Shown here piece after piece: positions 1 to 10,182 of a DNA stretch of 64,000 bases; within the stretch, counting starts at the first letter, position 1; each line of letters opens with the position of its first letter. A program made the position numbers and the translations under genes. Source of the DNA: an uncultured Gammaproteobacteria bacterium (lineage in GTDB: Bacteria > Patescibacteriota > Microgenomatia > UBA10105 > UBA927); assembly GCA_964449585.1 (NCBI GenBank), contig CAYUZE010000003.1:4021-68020 (forward strand), in the 5' to 3' direction. A model generated the notes under the pieces. That model had not been told where the DNA came from. It searched no databases and saw nothing but the letters and a program-made list of their open reading frames with translations.

Positions 1-224
1 TCTTTTTACTGATGAAAGAAGGTACGGGAGAAAAGCTCGTAACCAGCGGCACGATCGAAGGGGATACCCGATTTTTTACCTACTATAGTGCTGAAGAATT
101 AAAAAAATTGTTAGCTAGCGCGGGCTTCACTGTTATTGATCAATATACCTGGGATCAAAAAGAGAGAAACGAAGAACGCCCCTCAGAGGTGTGGATCTCC
201 ATCTTTGCTACAAAAACAGCATAA
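1..224 (+). CDS. C-terminal fragment of a putative SAM-dependent methyltransferase-like protein (partial, open to window edge)
   Basis: The frame is open from position 1 with no upstream stop. The C-terminal sequence is only weakly reminiscent of class I methyltransferases, so the call is tentative. Confidence 0.25.
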   Translation, partial: FLLMKEGTGEKLVTSGTIEGDTRFFTYYSAEELKKLLASAGFTVIDQYTWDQKERNEERPSEVWISIFATKTA

Positions 225-699
225 CAAGAAGTAGCCCAAGCCAGAACGACAAAAACAGCTTCGGATTGGTCGACCAATTTGCGCCGTCGATGTGTGCTGC
301 AGAAAACGGATACAGCAATCGCGTGGCAAATTGTCCTTCATGGGTGGGGATATCGATCAGGATATGGGAAAGATATGCAAACGAAAAAATCACCCATCGC
401 TCGGGGAAGAGAAAATACATAAGGGCGGTAAAAATTCCCGCGCCCACCAGTGAGTGAGTGCTTCGATAAAATGTCGCGTCGGTGTTGTTGGTGAATTTAT
501 TGGAGAGCAGCAGGCGGGTATAGGTTTTGATAAAGGTAGCCTGCGGATATACGATAGCCTCCCGAAGTTTCAACGCATAAAACGGGAGTATACCTAAAAT
601 GTCAGGGAGGGTTGCGGCGATTGCCGTAGGCACCATATCATTCGAGCCAAAACTTTTGGTTATGGCAATACCGCTGACGGCATGATACAAAATATCCAT
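208..699 (-). CDS. membrane-bound metal-dependent hydrolase (YdjM/DUF457-like)
   Basis: 163 aa with several TM segments and a HILIDIPTHEG motif typical of the LexA-regulated inner-membrane hydrolase family. Confidence 0.45.
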   Translation of the reverse strand: MDILYHAVSGIAITKSFGSNDMVPTAIAATLPDILGILPFYALKLREAIVYPQATFIKTYTRLLLSNKFTNNTDATFYRSTHSLVGAGIFTALMYFLFPERWVIFSFAYLSHILIDIPTHEGQFATRLLYPFSAAHIDGANWSTNPKLFLSFWLGLLLVMLFL

Positions 700-700
700 T

Positions 701-1582
701 ATGATTCAATTTACCTTAGAAGAAATTATTACTCAAGACAACCTGGTACATCAGGGATTGCTTCACGTGCCGCCGCAGGCCAGCGGCAAGGTGCTCGTAT
801 GGATTCACGGACTCACCGGCACGTTTTACAGCAACGCCAAAAGCATGAACCGTTTTGCCGAGGAAGCGGCAAAACACGGCATGGCGTTTGCCGCATTCCA
901 TACCCGCGGTCATGATTATGTCACGAGCACCCACAAGATTGATCCGAATTCTCCGAAAGGCTATGTGTATGAAACGATCGGTGCGGGAGTGGAAACCTTC
1001 ACCGACTGTGTGAAGGATATCGACGCCATTCTTTCTTTTCTTGCGGGGAAGGGACTTACCAAAGTTATCTTGGTCGGCAACAGTACGGGGGCAAATAAAG
1101 TGTGTTATTACACGGGCACCGTTACCGACGATCGGGTAGCAGGCGCCGTGTTATCGGGACCAATGTCGGATCGATATTCGGCAACGGATCCCGAAACAAA
1201 CAAAAAACATCGCGCGATCATGGAACAGAAAATCAAAGAAGGGAAAGGGGACGAATTGCTTACGGGCTATGACTTTTTCCCGCTTACTCCCAAGCGATGG
1301 ATGAGTCTTTTAGCCGAAGGGTCACCCGAGGATGTCTTTAATTACCGTGATGAACACGGTGCCCTTGCGACCTATGAACGGATTAAGGTTCCTTTGCTTG
1401 TCATGTTCGGTGAACGGGATGAACACGCCGATCGACCCATACCCGAAATGCGAAAAGCATTTGATGCGCATGCAACCTCTCCCCGCTACAAAAGTGTGGT
1501 GATCCCCGGTGCGGATCACGGCTTTACCGGAAAAGAAGATACGTTCGTCGATGAGGTAGTTATGTTTGCCGCATCACTATGA
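701..1582 (+). CDS. alpha/beta-fold hydrolase
   Basis: GNSTG nucleophile elbow (GxSxG) plus downstream Asp and His (PGADHGF). A 4-bp overlap with the next gene suggests an operon. Confidence 0.6.
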   Translation: MIQFTLEEIITQDNLVHQGLLHVPPQASGKVLVWIHGLTGTFYSNAKSMNRFAEEAAKHGMAFAAFHTRGHDYVTSTHKIDPNSPKGYVYETIGAGVETFTDCVKDIDAILSFLAGKGLTKVILVGNSTGANKVCYYTGTVTDDRVAGAVLSGPMSDRYSATDPETNKKHRAIMEQKIKEGKGDELLTGYDFFPLTPKRWMSLLAEGSPEDVFNYRDEHGALATYERIKVPLLVMFGERDEHADRPIPEMRKAFDAHATSPRYKSVVIPGADHGFTGKEDTFVDEVVMFAASL

Positions 1583-2376
1583 CCTACGAGGTGATCACCA
1601 CAAGAGTTCCCAACAGCAAAGGACTCGGTCTTGCCACCGAAATATATCGCCCCAAAAAAGACGGCAAGCTCCCCGTCGTATTTATTTTCCACGGATTTAC
1701 GGGGTATAAGGAAAGTGCAGATTTGGTTGATCTTGCGGATCGGCTTGCCAAGCAGGGTGTTGTCGCAGTGCGATTTACATCCTCGGGGTTCGGAGACAGT
1801 GACGGTACGCTTGCCGACGATTACCGATTTACGAATTACCGAAGTGACGCGGAAAGCGTGTACCAGTATGTCACCCGACTTGCCCATGCGGATACAACGC
1901 GAATGGGAGTAGTAGGGCATAGCATGGGAGGGAAGTTAGCCGTTCTTTTTTGTGCGGATCATCCTGATATCACGGTGCTCGGCGTGCTTGCCGCTCCCGT
2001 GACTTTTTTGGGAACCGCCTACGGACCGCTTCAGAAAGAATGGCGGGAAAAGGGATACTTTGAAAAAGTGAGCGGCAGGGATCAGAAAACGATTCGAATT
2101 CCGTATGCTTACGCTCTCGATGTGGATACTCCGGAACATGATGTGCTTGCCGCCGCCGCAACCGTAACGCACGCCGAAGCATTGGTGGTGGCGGGTCTTG
2201 CCGACAAGGAAGTTCCCTGGCAGGAAACAAAGCGTATTTTTGACGCCTTGCCGTCCAAAAAAACCTGGAAATTATTACCCGGAATTCCCCATAAATACGG
2301 GCATCAGAAAGCACTTATTCCGGTGGTAAATACGCCGGTTGTAGAATTTATCGCCGCCCGTCTCCTGCGGGATTAA
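1579..2376 (+). CDS. alpha/beta-fold hydrolase (dienelactone hydrolase-like)
   Basis: FHGFTGYKE and a GHSMGG nucleophile elbow. The start is ATGA-coupled to the upstream hydrolase. Confidence 0.6.
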   Translation: MTYEVITTRVPNSKGLGLATEIYRPKKDGKLPVVFIFHGFTGYKESADLVDLADRLAKQGVVAVRFTSSGFGDSDGTLADDYRFTNYRSDAESVYQYVTRLAHADTTRMGVVGHSMGGKLAVLFCADHPDITVLGVLAAPVTFLGTAYGPLQKEWREKGYFEKVSGRDQKTIRIPYAYALDVDTPEHDVLAAAATVTHAEALVVAGLADKEVPWQETKRIFDALPSKKTWKLLPGIPHKYGHQKALIPVVNTPVVEFIAARLLRD

Positions 2377-3035
2377 AGAGAAAAGTTTGGCAGGTGGGGT
2401 TCAGTTCGGTTGACTGCCACTCGGGGTTCATATTTTTTGATATCGGGAAGAATCTCCATAGGATTTAAGGCTACCCCGTGTTGGGCGATCTCAAGGTGCA
2501 AATGGTTTCCCGTCGCCCAGCCGGTGGCGCCGACGGTACCGAGCTCGGTTTCCTTCCCCACGACTTGTCCCGTTGTTACGTCGATACGCGACATGTGGGC
2601 GTAGATGGATGTCATTCCTTCTTTGTGGGACACGATGACGTGCTTGCCGTACCCGCCGCTTACCGTGCCCGCGAAGGTGACGGTACCGTCCGTAACGGGA
2701 TATATGGGAGTACCTGCGGGATTGGTAAGGTCAAGCCCCGCATGCCCGCCCGCAAAGTACTGCGATATACCGAAGGTAGCCAACGGCCAGCGGAATAGCG
2801 AGGGAGCCACGACGGCATCGACCGTGGTGACATGGGTGTCGAAGTAGAGTTCGGTCGAGTCAAAGCCCGCCTGGGTGGAAGGCACAACCACGCCCAAAAA
2901 AACGGCGATGGCGATTAAGGGAACGCCGATGAGCTCGAACGCCTGTTTGTGCTCGATTTTGGTCCGTATCCAGTGGCTCAGACGGTTGCTTCCTCGATAC
3001 GGCTTGGTGAACCATGTAAGGGCATGTTTGATCAT
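2373..3035 (-). CDS. M23 family metallopeptidase (LytM-like), membrane anchored
   Basis: HAGLDL (HxxxD) and NHLHLE (HxH) zinc-binding motifs, with an N-terminal TM segment. Confidence 0.75.
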   Translation of the reverse strand: MIKHALTWFTKPYRGSNRLSHWIRTKIEHKQAFELIGVPLIAIAVFLGVVVPSTQAGFDSTELYFDTHVTTVDAVVAPSLFRWPLATFGISQYFAGGHAGLDLTNPAGTPIYPVTDGTVTFAGTVSGGYGKHVIVSHKEGMTSIYAHMSRIDVTTGQVVGKETELGTVGATGWATGNHLHLEIAQHGVALNPMEILPDIKKYEPRVAVNRTEPHLPNFSL

Positions 3036-3176
3036 AGATTGAACCTAAGAAAAAACCACTCGGGAGGAGTGGTTCAATACCCCGTATTGTAGCGTAAAAA
3101 AGCCCCAAAGTCAAATTATAGGATATCGGCAACATTGCCGTTTGCTTGCCTTATGTGGTATGATCGAACTCAATTT

Positions 3177-4064
3177 ATGAAGCGTAAAATCGGCTTTTTC
3201 CTCGTTGTCATCGTTATCCTCCTTATTATCGGCGGTGTTATTAAGCTTTTGGTCAACAGATCCCCCAAAGAAGGCGAGTTGCGGGTAGATGCAAGCCCGA
3301 ATGTGAGCGTATTTTTGGACAATAAGCATATCGGCAGAACCCCGCTTCGGGAGAAAGTTACCGCAGGCGAGTATACGATCAGGCTCGTTGCTGATTCCAC
3401 CACCGAAGACATTGCCCCCTGGCAGTCGAAAATCTTTGTCGGTCCCAATCTTTTGACGTTTGTAAACGCCGTGCTTTCGGATTCGGAGCTCTCCTCGGCC
3501 GTTGATGTGCTGTGGTTGGAAAAGAGTGTGGTCGGTAAACCCGAGCTTTCGATTGTCACCAATCCCGACGGTGCTTCCGTCGTGCTTGATGACGTCACCA
3601 AAGGGATCACCCCGCTTACCATTTCCGATGTTGCAGCAGGAGATCACACACTTACGGTCACCTCCCCGGGTTTTTTGACCAGAACGATGAAGGTAAAGCT
3701 GACGACAGGTTATAAACTTATCACCAGTATGAAGCTTGCCCTGTCTGCCGCGGGAAGCCAGCCGCAGGAATCGACGAGTGCAGCCGTTGTGCCGACCGCT
3801 CCTACGCCCTCAACCAAAGCAGGGGAAACGGCAACCTCGTCGGGAACCGCGACACCGCAGAAACCGTACGCTACCATCAAAGATACACCGACGGGCTTCC
3901 TTCGGGTACGTATGGAACCTTCAACCGCAGCTACCGAAGCGGGGAGAGTAAAACCGGGGGAGAAATACCATATCTTTAACCAGCAAACCGGGTGGTACCA
4001 GATATCCCATGACGGCACCAACAAAGGCTGGATATCCGCCCAATACGCCGACAAAACGGAGTAA
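3177..4064 (+). CDS. PEGA domain surface protein with C-terminal SH3b-like domain
   Basis: N-terminal TM, two PEGA-like repeats (VTNPDGASVVLDDVTKGITPL), a Pro/Thr/Ser linker and a C-terminal GWYQISHDG...GWISAQY SH3b-like motif. The chosen start (MKRKIGFF) is preferred over two upstream ATGs. Confidence 0.5.
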   Translation: MKRKIGFFLVVIVILLIIGGVIKLLVNRSPKEGELRVDASPNVSVFLDNKHIGRTPLREKVTAGEYTIRLVADSTTEDIAPWQSKIFVGPNLLTFVNAVLSDSELSSAVDVLWLEKSVVGKPELSIVTNPDGASVVLDDVTKGITPLTISDVAAGDHTLTVTSPGFLTRTMKVKLTTGYKLITSMKLALSAAGSQPQESTSAAVVPTAPTPSTKAGETATSSGTATPQKPYATIKDTPTGFLRVRMEPSTAATEAGRVKPGEKYHIFNQQTGWYQISHDGTNKGWISAQYADKTE

Positions 4065-4120
4065 TCGAAACATCTTACCACCGTGTTCTATCGAAGTAAC
4101 GGTCTTGCGTATTAACGATT

Positions 4121-5059
4121 TCATCCTCCAATGCCGTAGATGACGAAGAGGGCGGCACCCGTCCACAATACCACGGTGGAAAGAAGCGGCAAATCGGTGG
4201 TGAGAATCTGTTCCGGTGATTCACCTTTCCCGTGATAGATAAGCTGCATGTACCGCATGATGCCATACAACACAAACGGGATGGTCATCATCATCCATTT
4301 TCTATCAGGGATGCCGATCACGAAGTCACTGTAGTTTCTAAATATTATCCCCTGGGTAATCGGTCGCTCAAGGAAAGTGAAGTACGTGTAGGAAATAAAC
4401 GTACTGGTAGCGAACATCGAAGTGTACGCATCCAGAAGCTTTTCGGAATAATGGGAAAGTGCCGCACGCGTATCTTTCGGAGACGCGTCTCCGGAACTTT
4501 GGATGAGGGTAAGTTCAGCACGTCGTTTTCCGATAGCAAGAAATAGCGCGAGTGACAGCGCCGCGAGTGCTAGCCAGATTGAGATATGGTACCCGCTTGC
4601 CGCCTCTCCCGCATAGACACGAAGCACATAGCCCGTGGTTATGGCAATGATATCGACCACCGAAATATGTTTAAGCACCACTGAGTACGAATACTGCAAT
4701 ATGATGAAGCAAACGGAGAAGAGGAAGAAAGTGTGTCCTACGGAACTGGCGATGGCAAGTCCGCCCGCGAGCATCAACAGTGATACCAAAAGTGCGGTTT
4801 TGATGGGAAGTTTTCCGCTTGCCACGGGACGAAAACGTTTAAATGGATGTTTTCTGTCCGCGGGTGCATCAAGCACGTCATTTAAAATATAGTTGGATGA
4901 CGATAACAAGCAGAATGAAATAAATCCCAAAATCGTGGCGATAAAAAGGGGAGCATAGAAGAGTTGTCCCGTAAAAAATATTGTCGTGAACAACGCCAGA
5001 TTTTTTAGCCACTGTCGTGGTCTCGCTGCTTTGAGAATTGCGTAAAGTAGCTGACCCAT
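4121..5059 (-). CDS. UbiA-family prenyltransferase, decaprenyl-phosphate phosphoribosyltransferase (DPPR synthase)-like
   Basis: RPRQWLKN near the N-terminus and NDVLDAPADRKHPFKRFRPVASGKLP closely match the Rv3806c/DPPR synthase signature. The protein is polytopic. Confidence 0.7.
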   Translation of the reverse strand: MGQLLYAILKAARPRQWLKNLALFTTIFFTGQLFYAPLFIATILGFISFCLLSSSNYILNDVLDAPADRKHPFKRFRPVASGKLPIKTALLVSLLMLAGGLAIASSVGHTFFLFSVCFIILQYSYSVVLKHISVVDIIAITTGYVLRVYAGEAASGYHISIWLALAALSLALFLAIGKRRAELTLIQSSGDASPKDTRAALSHYSEKLLDAYTSMFATSTFISYTYFTFLERPITQGIIFRNYSDFVIGIPDRKWMMMTIPFVLYGIMRYMQLIYHGKGESPEQILTTDLPLLSTVVLWTGAALFVIYGIGG

Positions 5060-6081
5060 ACAAAAAACATGGTCAACGCAACAGCCACAGCAATAAACGC
5101 AAACACTTTAAGCGTGCTTGTGACTGTGAGTGAGACCAGCCCCAGTATAGCCGAGACTCCCCAGTAAAACAAGGCGATCTGCGGTTTGCTCCACCCGAGG
5201 TCAAGCAGTTTGTGATGCAGGTGTCCGCGGTCCGCAACGACGGGTGATTTTTTCGTGCCGATGCGGCGGACAAGGGTTGCCACGGCATCCAACATCGGAA
5301 TGCCGAGTACAAGGAGCGCCGTTCCTAATTTGGCAAACGATAAAATACCGAGTAACGCCAGAAAAAATCCCGCGAGCGTTTTTCCTCCGTAGCCGGGCAT
5401 AATTCTCTGCGGATAAAAATTCCAGGGAAGAAATCCCAAATATGCGCCAGTGACGATAAAGGCAAGAAGTGTTACCCAGATTTGTTGCGGGTCAAGCATG
5501 CTATACCGAAGTGATAACAGACCCAATACAAACGCAGAAATGGCGACGTAGCCGGGCATCTGACCGTCCACACCCGCGCTCCAGCCGATGATGTTCATCG
5601 TCCATACGATCCAGATGACGGCAAGCACATGAGGGAGTCCTACGGTTATATCAAAGGGTAATGTTACACTTAATGCCGCAAGCGGCAACACACCGCCGGT
5701 GAGCGGATTCGTGATAAAGGGAATCGAACTTCCGGTCACTACCACAAGAAGCGCCACCGCAACATTGGTGATGAGACGAAGGTACGGATTGACGTCTTTT
5801 TTGTCATCCATAAGGCCGACAATCGTAAGGATGATACTGCCCGCAATAATTCCCAAAAGCTGGGGGGTGAGCGGCAGGGTAATAAGGAGGGTTACCGTAA
5901 TACCGATAAGGAGTGCCAACCCTCCCGCACGCGGAATAACACCTTTGTGCGTATGGGCGGGGTGATACCGGTGCTTCGGATCATCCACAAGACCGAACGT
6001 GCGGGCGAGTTTCATGACAAGCGGGGTAGCGACTCCGGTGATAACCGCCGCTATAAGTAATGGAGGAAGAAATGGTGTCAT
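5005..6081 (-). CDS. WecA/MraY-family polyprenyl-phosphate HexNAc-1-phosphate transferase (GT4 family)
   Basis: Polytopic membrane protein with MDDKKD and a DRGHLHHKLL motif that resembles WecA GDRQHIHHRLL. It is translationally coupled to neighbouring genes. Confidence 0.65.
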   Translation of the reverse strand: MTPFLPPLLIAAVITGVATPLVMKLARTFGLVDDPKHRYHPAHTHKGVIPRAGGLALLIGITVTLLITLPLTPQLLGIIAGSIILTIVGLMDDKKDVNPYLRLITNVAVALLVVVTGSSIPFITNPLTGGVLPLAALSVTLPFDITVGLPHVLAVIWIVWTMNIIGWSAGVDGQMPGYVAISAFVLGLLSLRYSMLDPQQIWVTLLAFIVTGAYLGFLPWNFYPQRIMPGYGGKTLAGFFLALLGILSFAKLGTALLVLGIPMLDAVATLVRRIGTKKSPVVADRGHLHHKLLDLGWSKPQIALFYWGVSAILGLVSLTVTSTLKVFAFIAVAVALTMFFVWVSYFTQFSKQRDHDSG

Positions 6082-6471
6082 TTAGCTAATGAGCGTAATG
6101 ATACGAACGACGATAATGGTGCTGACGATTGAGATAAGCAATGAGGTAAGCGACAATACACGCGCAAACATCGGATGATCCTTTGCCGTTTTCGCCACCA
6201 TGCCGTGATTAACGACATAAACGATGATTGCCGTGAGTATCGGAACCGTCAAAAAGAACGGGGAAGCAAGTCGCTCTTCTCCCCACGGCTTGCTATACCA
6301 AAGGGGAATTTTCGGCGGCAAAAGTCGCCATCCCAGTGCCAGTGCGGAAACGTTGATGACTGTTTGTGCGACAACGGCAATCTTCGCGAGCCGTTGTTCC
6401 CAGGTTGTGTCAGCATAACGCAATCCGTCCAGGAGGCCGTCCGCTTTTTGCATCGGGAGTGTGAATTTCAT
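6082..6471 (-). CDS. small polytopic membrane protein (possibly GtrA-like lipid-linked sugar translocation helper)
   Basis: 129 aa with about 4 TM segments, lying between the WecA-like and GT-C genes with 4-bp overlaps. Function is inferred from context only. Confidence 0.3.
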   Translation of the reverse strand: MKFTLPMQKADGLLDGLRYADTTWEQRLAKIAVVAQTVINVSALALGWRLLPPKIPLWYSKPWGEERLASPFFLTVPILTAIIVYVVNHGMVAKTAKDHPMFARVLSLTSLLISIVSTIIVVRIITLIS

Positions 6472-7805
6472 AGCGGCATTCGATATACGACATCAAACTT
6501 TCCGTCCGTGTGTATGAAAAACGCCCGGGTAGGATAGATGGGGTAGTCGCGTACCATACGGGACGGCGTAATGAGCGCATCGCCGATATACCACGGAAAA
6601 ATGTTATCGTTCGGGTTGTACAAATATACTTTTGACTTGTCTTTGGTATAGTAGAGTGTCTCCAGATAGATGAGCGAATCGGATGCCATGACCACATCCC
6701 CCGGTTTCATGAGTGCCTGCACTTGTTCAAACGTTTCCCTGACGGGAGGCTTCGCGTGATAGGGAGCATACCACCAATTTATCCAAAGGACTCCCGCAAA
6801 CAGGACAAACGCCGCAATTTTTTGGAGGATCGGGCGGCGAATTGCCGCGATAGCCGCGATTATCACCAGTACTTCCGCAACGGTTACCGGGATAAGGTAC
6901 CGGTTTACAAACAACGGTTTGATAAACGATATGCCGATAATACCGGCAAGGGGTACAAGCCCGAAAAAGAGTACGAGTCGTACGTGTTCCCGCACGGTTT
7001 TTCGGGCAAACGCAAACCAGCCGATAAGAACGATTCCCAGCGACAGGTATCGGGTGTATTTCCACCCGAACCAGGGGGTACCTTCGTAGCCCATGAACAT
7101 ATTCCCGAGGACGGACTTTACCAGCTGGACATCTACGGGGAAGTACCACGACGACTTCATGCGTCCCATTTCGAGTACGATGCGAATAAGCCACGGGATC
7201 ATAAGCAGTACGGCAATTGCGGTACTTTTTACTCCCGGATCGGTAACGATATGGCCGAGGGTATGAAGGAAAGATCGGTGTTTTTGAAAGAGATGGTGCC
7301 GCTCTGTATACAGCCGATGCAGGAACAATGCCCCGACAAACGGAAGGATATAGACGTGGGTATAAAATCCCAACACCGCCGATGCGATAAACCATCCCCA
7401 TCGTTTTTTGGCGTAGGTATAAAGCATTGCCGTCGCGAAAAATATATACCAGCCGTAAGTGCGTACTTCGAATGCGTAGTAGAGGAGCATCGGGTTAACA
7501 AAGAAAAACAACGGCATGAACCAGGCAAGCCAGTGTTTTTTATGCAGTTCGTCCGCCCATTCGATGATAATGACGGTTGTAAGCAGGAATCCCACCATCG
7601 ACAAACTTCTGGCGGCAAGCTCGCTCGTGCCGAACAGCTTTATCCAAAAATGCAGCATGGTGTAATAAAGCGGCGGTTCAAATCCGAGTCGGGTGAAGAT
7701 AAAGGGTAGGGATTCTTTTGCGGCGAGCACCGAAAACGCCTCATCACGCCAAAAACTCTGTACAAGGTACAAGAGCGGGGTATGCGTCAGCAGTTGATTC
7801 AACAT
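6468..7805 (-). CDS. GT-C glycosyltransferase (ArnT/PMT, GT39/GT83-like)
   Basis: 445 aa with more than 10 TM segments, a WRDEAFS (DE) motif in the first loop and a C-terminal soluble domain. Confidence 0.6.
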   Translation of the reverse strand: MLNQLLTHTPLLYLVQSFWRDEAFSVLAAKESLPFIFTRLGFEPPLYYTMLHFWIKLFGTSELAARSLSMVGFLLTTVIIIEWADELHKKHWLAWFMPLFFFVNPMLLYYAFEVRTYGWYIFFATAMLYTYAKKRWGWFIASAVLGFYTHVYILPFVGALFLHRLYTERHHLFQKHRSFLHTLGHIVTDPGVKSTAIAVLLMIPWLIRIVLEMGRMKSSWYFPVDVQLVKSVLGNMFMGYEGTPWFGWKYTRYLSLGIVLIGWFAFARKTVREHVRLVLFFGLVPLAGIIGISFIKPLFVNRYLIPVTVAEVLVIIAAIAAIRRPILQKIAAFVLFAGVLWINWWYAPYHAKPPVRETFEQVQALMKPGDVVMASDSLIYLETLYYTKDKSKVYLYNPNDNIFPWYIGDALITPSRMVRDYPIYPTRAFFIHTDGKFDVVYRMPL

Positions 7806-7814
7806 ACTATTTGA

Positions 7815-9296
7815 TTATATCTTCTCCGTCACGCGATATTCCAGTCGCTTTCCTAACATCAGTCGCGTGTGTGCATCTAGCCCCGGGAGTGCGGAAAGAA
7901 AGAACGAGATAATGGGAAGCGTGAGCCACTGCAGATACAACAGCGGTAGTTTCCATTTGGGATATGCCTTGGGTGGCGGAGGCTTAATGCGCCAATCGAT
8001 GATAAAAACAATGAGTAAGAATATGGTCGATAAGGTAAGAATACCCGAGGAAATTTGCGCAAGATTATGTCCCAAGACGGTTCTACCGAATACCGGATTG
8101 ATAAGCGGCGGAACGGTGCTTCCGATGGTCAGAATAAACCAGTTGGTCGGCCAGAGAATGTGGTGTTCAAGAAGCGAAGATACTCTGCGTACCCGTTCGG
8201 AAAGTTTAATTTCAGGATGGAGAAACGACTGTCGTATGACATACGGAATATCCGATACGCCCCATGCCCACCGTTTCGCCTGTTCGTATTGGTTGACGAA
8301 GGTATTCACAAACCCGTGACTCTCCGCGGCATCGACGAGAACCGGCAAAAAGATGGGACGTACTGATACTTTTTCACCCCGGGTAAAGAATACGGAAAAG
8401 AACATGTGGTAATCCTCGGGGATGACGTCCACTGCCCAGAACCCCACCTGACGGGCGGTTCTGTAAGCAAGCGAATAAGTTGAGAAATTAATGAGTTTCG
8501 ATTCCTGCGAAAGGAAAGCCAGATTCCACATGCTGTTTAAGGTATTGAGGAATCTGTTGGGAAGCGGAATTCGCCAGATGTTACTGTAAAACATGATGCT
8601 TCCCTGATAGAGGTGATCAAATCGGTTGGTGTCGGTGAGGAACTGAAATGCCAGAGCGGAGAAGTACTTGGGATGAGGAAGTGCGTCGGCATCACAGGAG
8701 GTGATGGTCATCCATTCATCGGAAATCCGGTGTTTTTTGATATAAATATCTGCCTGTTTCGCCGCCCATGCCATATTCGATGATTTACCGGCGATTTCAC
8801 CCGGGGTGAGCGTATGTTGCGTAACGAGAAAGTGTCCGAATGTTTTGCCGAACTCCTTTTGGAGGAGTGTTCCGGTTGCCACCGCGGCCGGATCTTTTGT
8901 TTCCGTGGCAAGTACGATAATCATCCGTTTGGTGGGGAAGTCCTGATTGGACAGATTTTCCAGCGTGCGCCGTAAAATATGGACGGGCTCTTTATATTCG
9001 GGGATGATGACCATGTGCCATACATCGGCAAAATGGGGAAATGATTCCGCCTGCGCACGCCAGTTAACCGCCGCGTGAGCGGTGTACGTGATAAATGAGC
9101 GCAGCGCATAGTTAACCAGCGTAACGGACTTATAGAACCAATAGACGTCGAAGGTGATGATAAAGTACGCAACCAGCGCCGGATGCCAAAAGGATAGCCA
9201 CAACGGCATGGTAATAATAATCCACGAAGTAAGCGGGATAGATATCTCGAGAAGCCGTTGGGTTCTGTTTGGGTAGAGTTCGAAAAGACGGCGCAT
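7815..9296 (-). CDS. processive family-2 glycosyltransferase (cellulose-synthase-like beta-glycan synthase)
   Basis: SCDADA (DxD), VIPEDY (TED-like) and QYEQAKRWAWG (QxxRW) motifs, flanked by TM segments. Confidence 0.7.
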   Translation of the reverse strand: MRRLFELYPNRTQRLLEISIPLTSWIIITMPLWLSFWHPALVAYFIITFDVYWFYKSVTLVNYALRSFITYTAHAAVNWRAQAESFPHFADVWHMVIIPEYKEPVHILRRTLENLSNQDFPTKRMIIVLATETKDPAAVATGTLLQKEFGKTFGHFLVTQHTLTPGEIAGKSSNMAWAAKQADIYIKKHRISDEWMTITSCDADALPHPKYFSALAFQFLTDTNRFDHLYQGSIMFYSNIWRIPLPNRFLNTLNSMWNLAFLSQESKLINFSTYSLAYRTARQVGFWAVDVIPEDYHMFFSVFFTRGEKVSVRPIFLPVLVDAAESHGFVNTFVNQYEQAKRWAWGVSDIPYVIRQSFLHPEIKLSERVRRVSSLLEHHILWPTNWFILTIGSTVPPLINPVFGRTVLGHNLAQISSGILTLSTIFLLIVFIIDWRIKPPPPKAYPKWKLPLLYLQWLTLPIISFFLSALPGLDAHTRLMLGKRLEYRVTEKI

Positions 9297-9348
9297 AGAA
9301 TCAAGCTAAATTATACCATGCACGAAGGAGTACCGCGAAAGTAATCGC

Positions 9349-10134
9349 CTACGAAGCAAGCCGGAAGAGCGCTTGTGCGTTTCGCGTGGTGGTTTCTTGA
9401 ATGGTATCAACCGACTTTCCTTGAAGCGCGGCAATTTTTTCCGCGATAAGAGGAATGTACTTGGGTTCGTTTCGCTTGCCCCGATGCGGGACGGGAGTAA
9501 GATACGGTGCATCTGTTTCCAAAACGAGCGATTCCTCGGGAATGTGCGGAACAATCAGCGGCAGTTGTTTGGAGTAGGTTACGTTCCCGTCGATGCCGAT
9601 AAAGAATCCCATGGATGTGGCGATTCGTAAATCCTGCTGGCTTCCCGAAAAACAATGAAAAACGCCGCGCGGGATTTTCGGAAGTCCCTGTAAGATGGTG
9701 AACACATCCTCAAATGCCTCGCGGCAATGAATAATAACGGGTAAATCAAATCGTACGGCAAGATTGAGCTGTTCGACGAAGAGCCGTTGTTGTACATCTT
9801 TTCTGCCGGCGGCGACTTCTCCCCGGTATTCATGGTAATCCAAGCCGCACTCGCCGACGGCAACGATGAGCGATTTGTTATCCGGGTCAACCAGTAACGT
9901 TTCAAGATAGCTTAGGTCGGGGTTTTTCGGTGCCTCATACGGATGGAACCCGACGCCCGCGAAAATAACGCCGTTGTGCACCCGGGCAAGATGCAATGCG
10001 GTGCGACAGGAATTATGATCAACTCCGGGAACGATAAACTGTTTGACTCCGGCTTTTTTTGCGTTTCCGATAACACTTGCGCGATCATCGTCAAAATCGG
10101 CAAAATTTAATTGTACGTGCGTGTCGATGTACAT
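9349..10134 (-). CDS. tatD: TatD family metal-dependent deoxyribonuclease/hydrolase
   Basis: MYIDTHVQLNF start and the conserved His/Glu/Asp pattern of the TatD family. Confidence 0.8.
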   Translation of the reverse strand: MYIDTHVQLNFADFDDDRASVIGNAKKAGVKQFIVPGVDHNSCRTALHLARVHNGVIFAGVGFHPYEAPKNPDLSYLETLLVDPDNKSLIVAVGECGLDYHEYRGEVAAGRKDVQQRLFVEQLNLAVRFDLPVIIHCREAFEDVFTILQGLPKIPRGVFHCFSGSQQDLRIATSMGFFIGIDGNVTYSKQLPLIVPHIPEESLVLETDAPYLTPVPHRGKRNEPKYIPLIAEKIAALQGKSVDTIQETTTRNAQALFRLAS

Positions 10135-10182
10135 ATATATTGACTAATATCCGTTACCTATTAACGGGTAATAAATGAACTT

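Noticed and set aside
6723-7709. 328-aa plus-strand ORF.
   Set aside because: It lies entirely antisense within the GT-C membrane protein gene. It has an R/K/D-rich low-complexity composition, so it is a typical shadow ORF.
10135-10182. Small hairpin CCGTTACCTATTAACGG between metG and tatD.
   Set aside because: A 6-bp stem followed by AT-rich rather than U-run sequence on the minus strand. Too weak to call a terminator.
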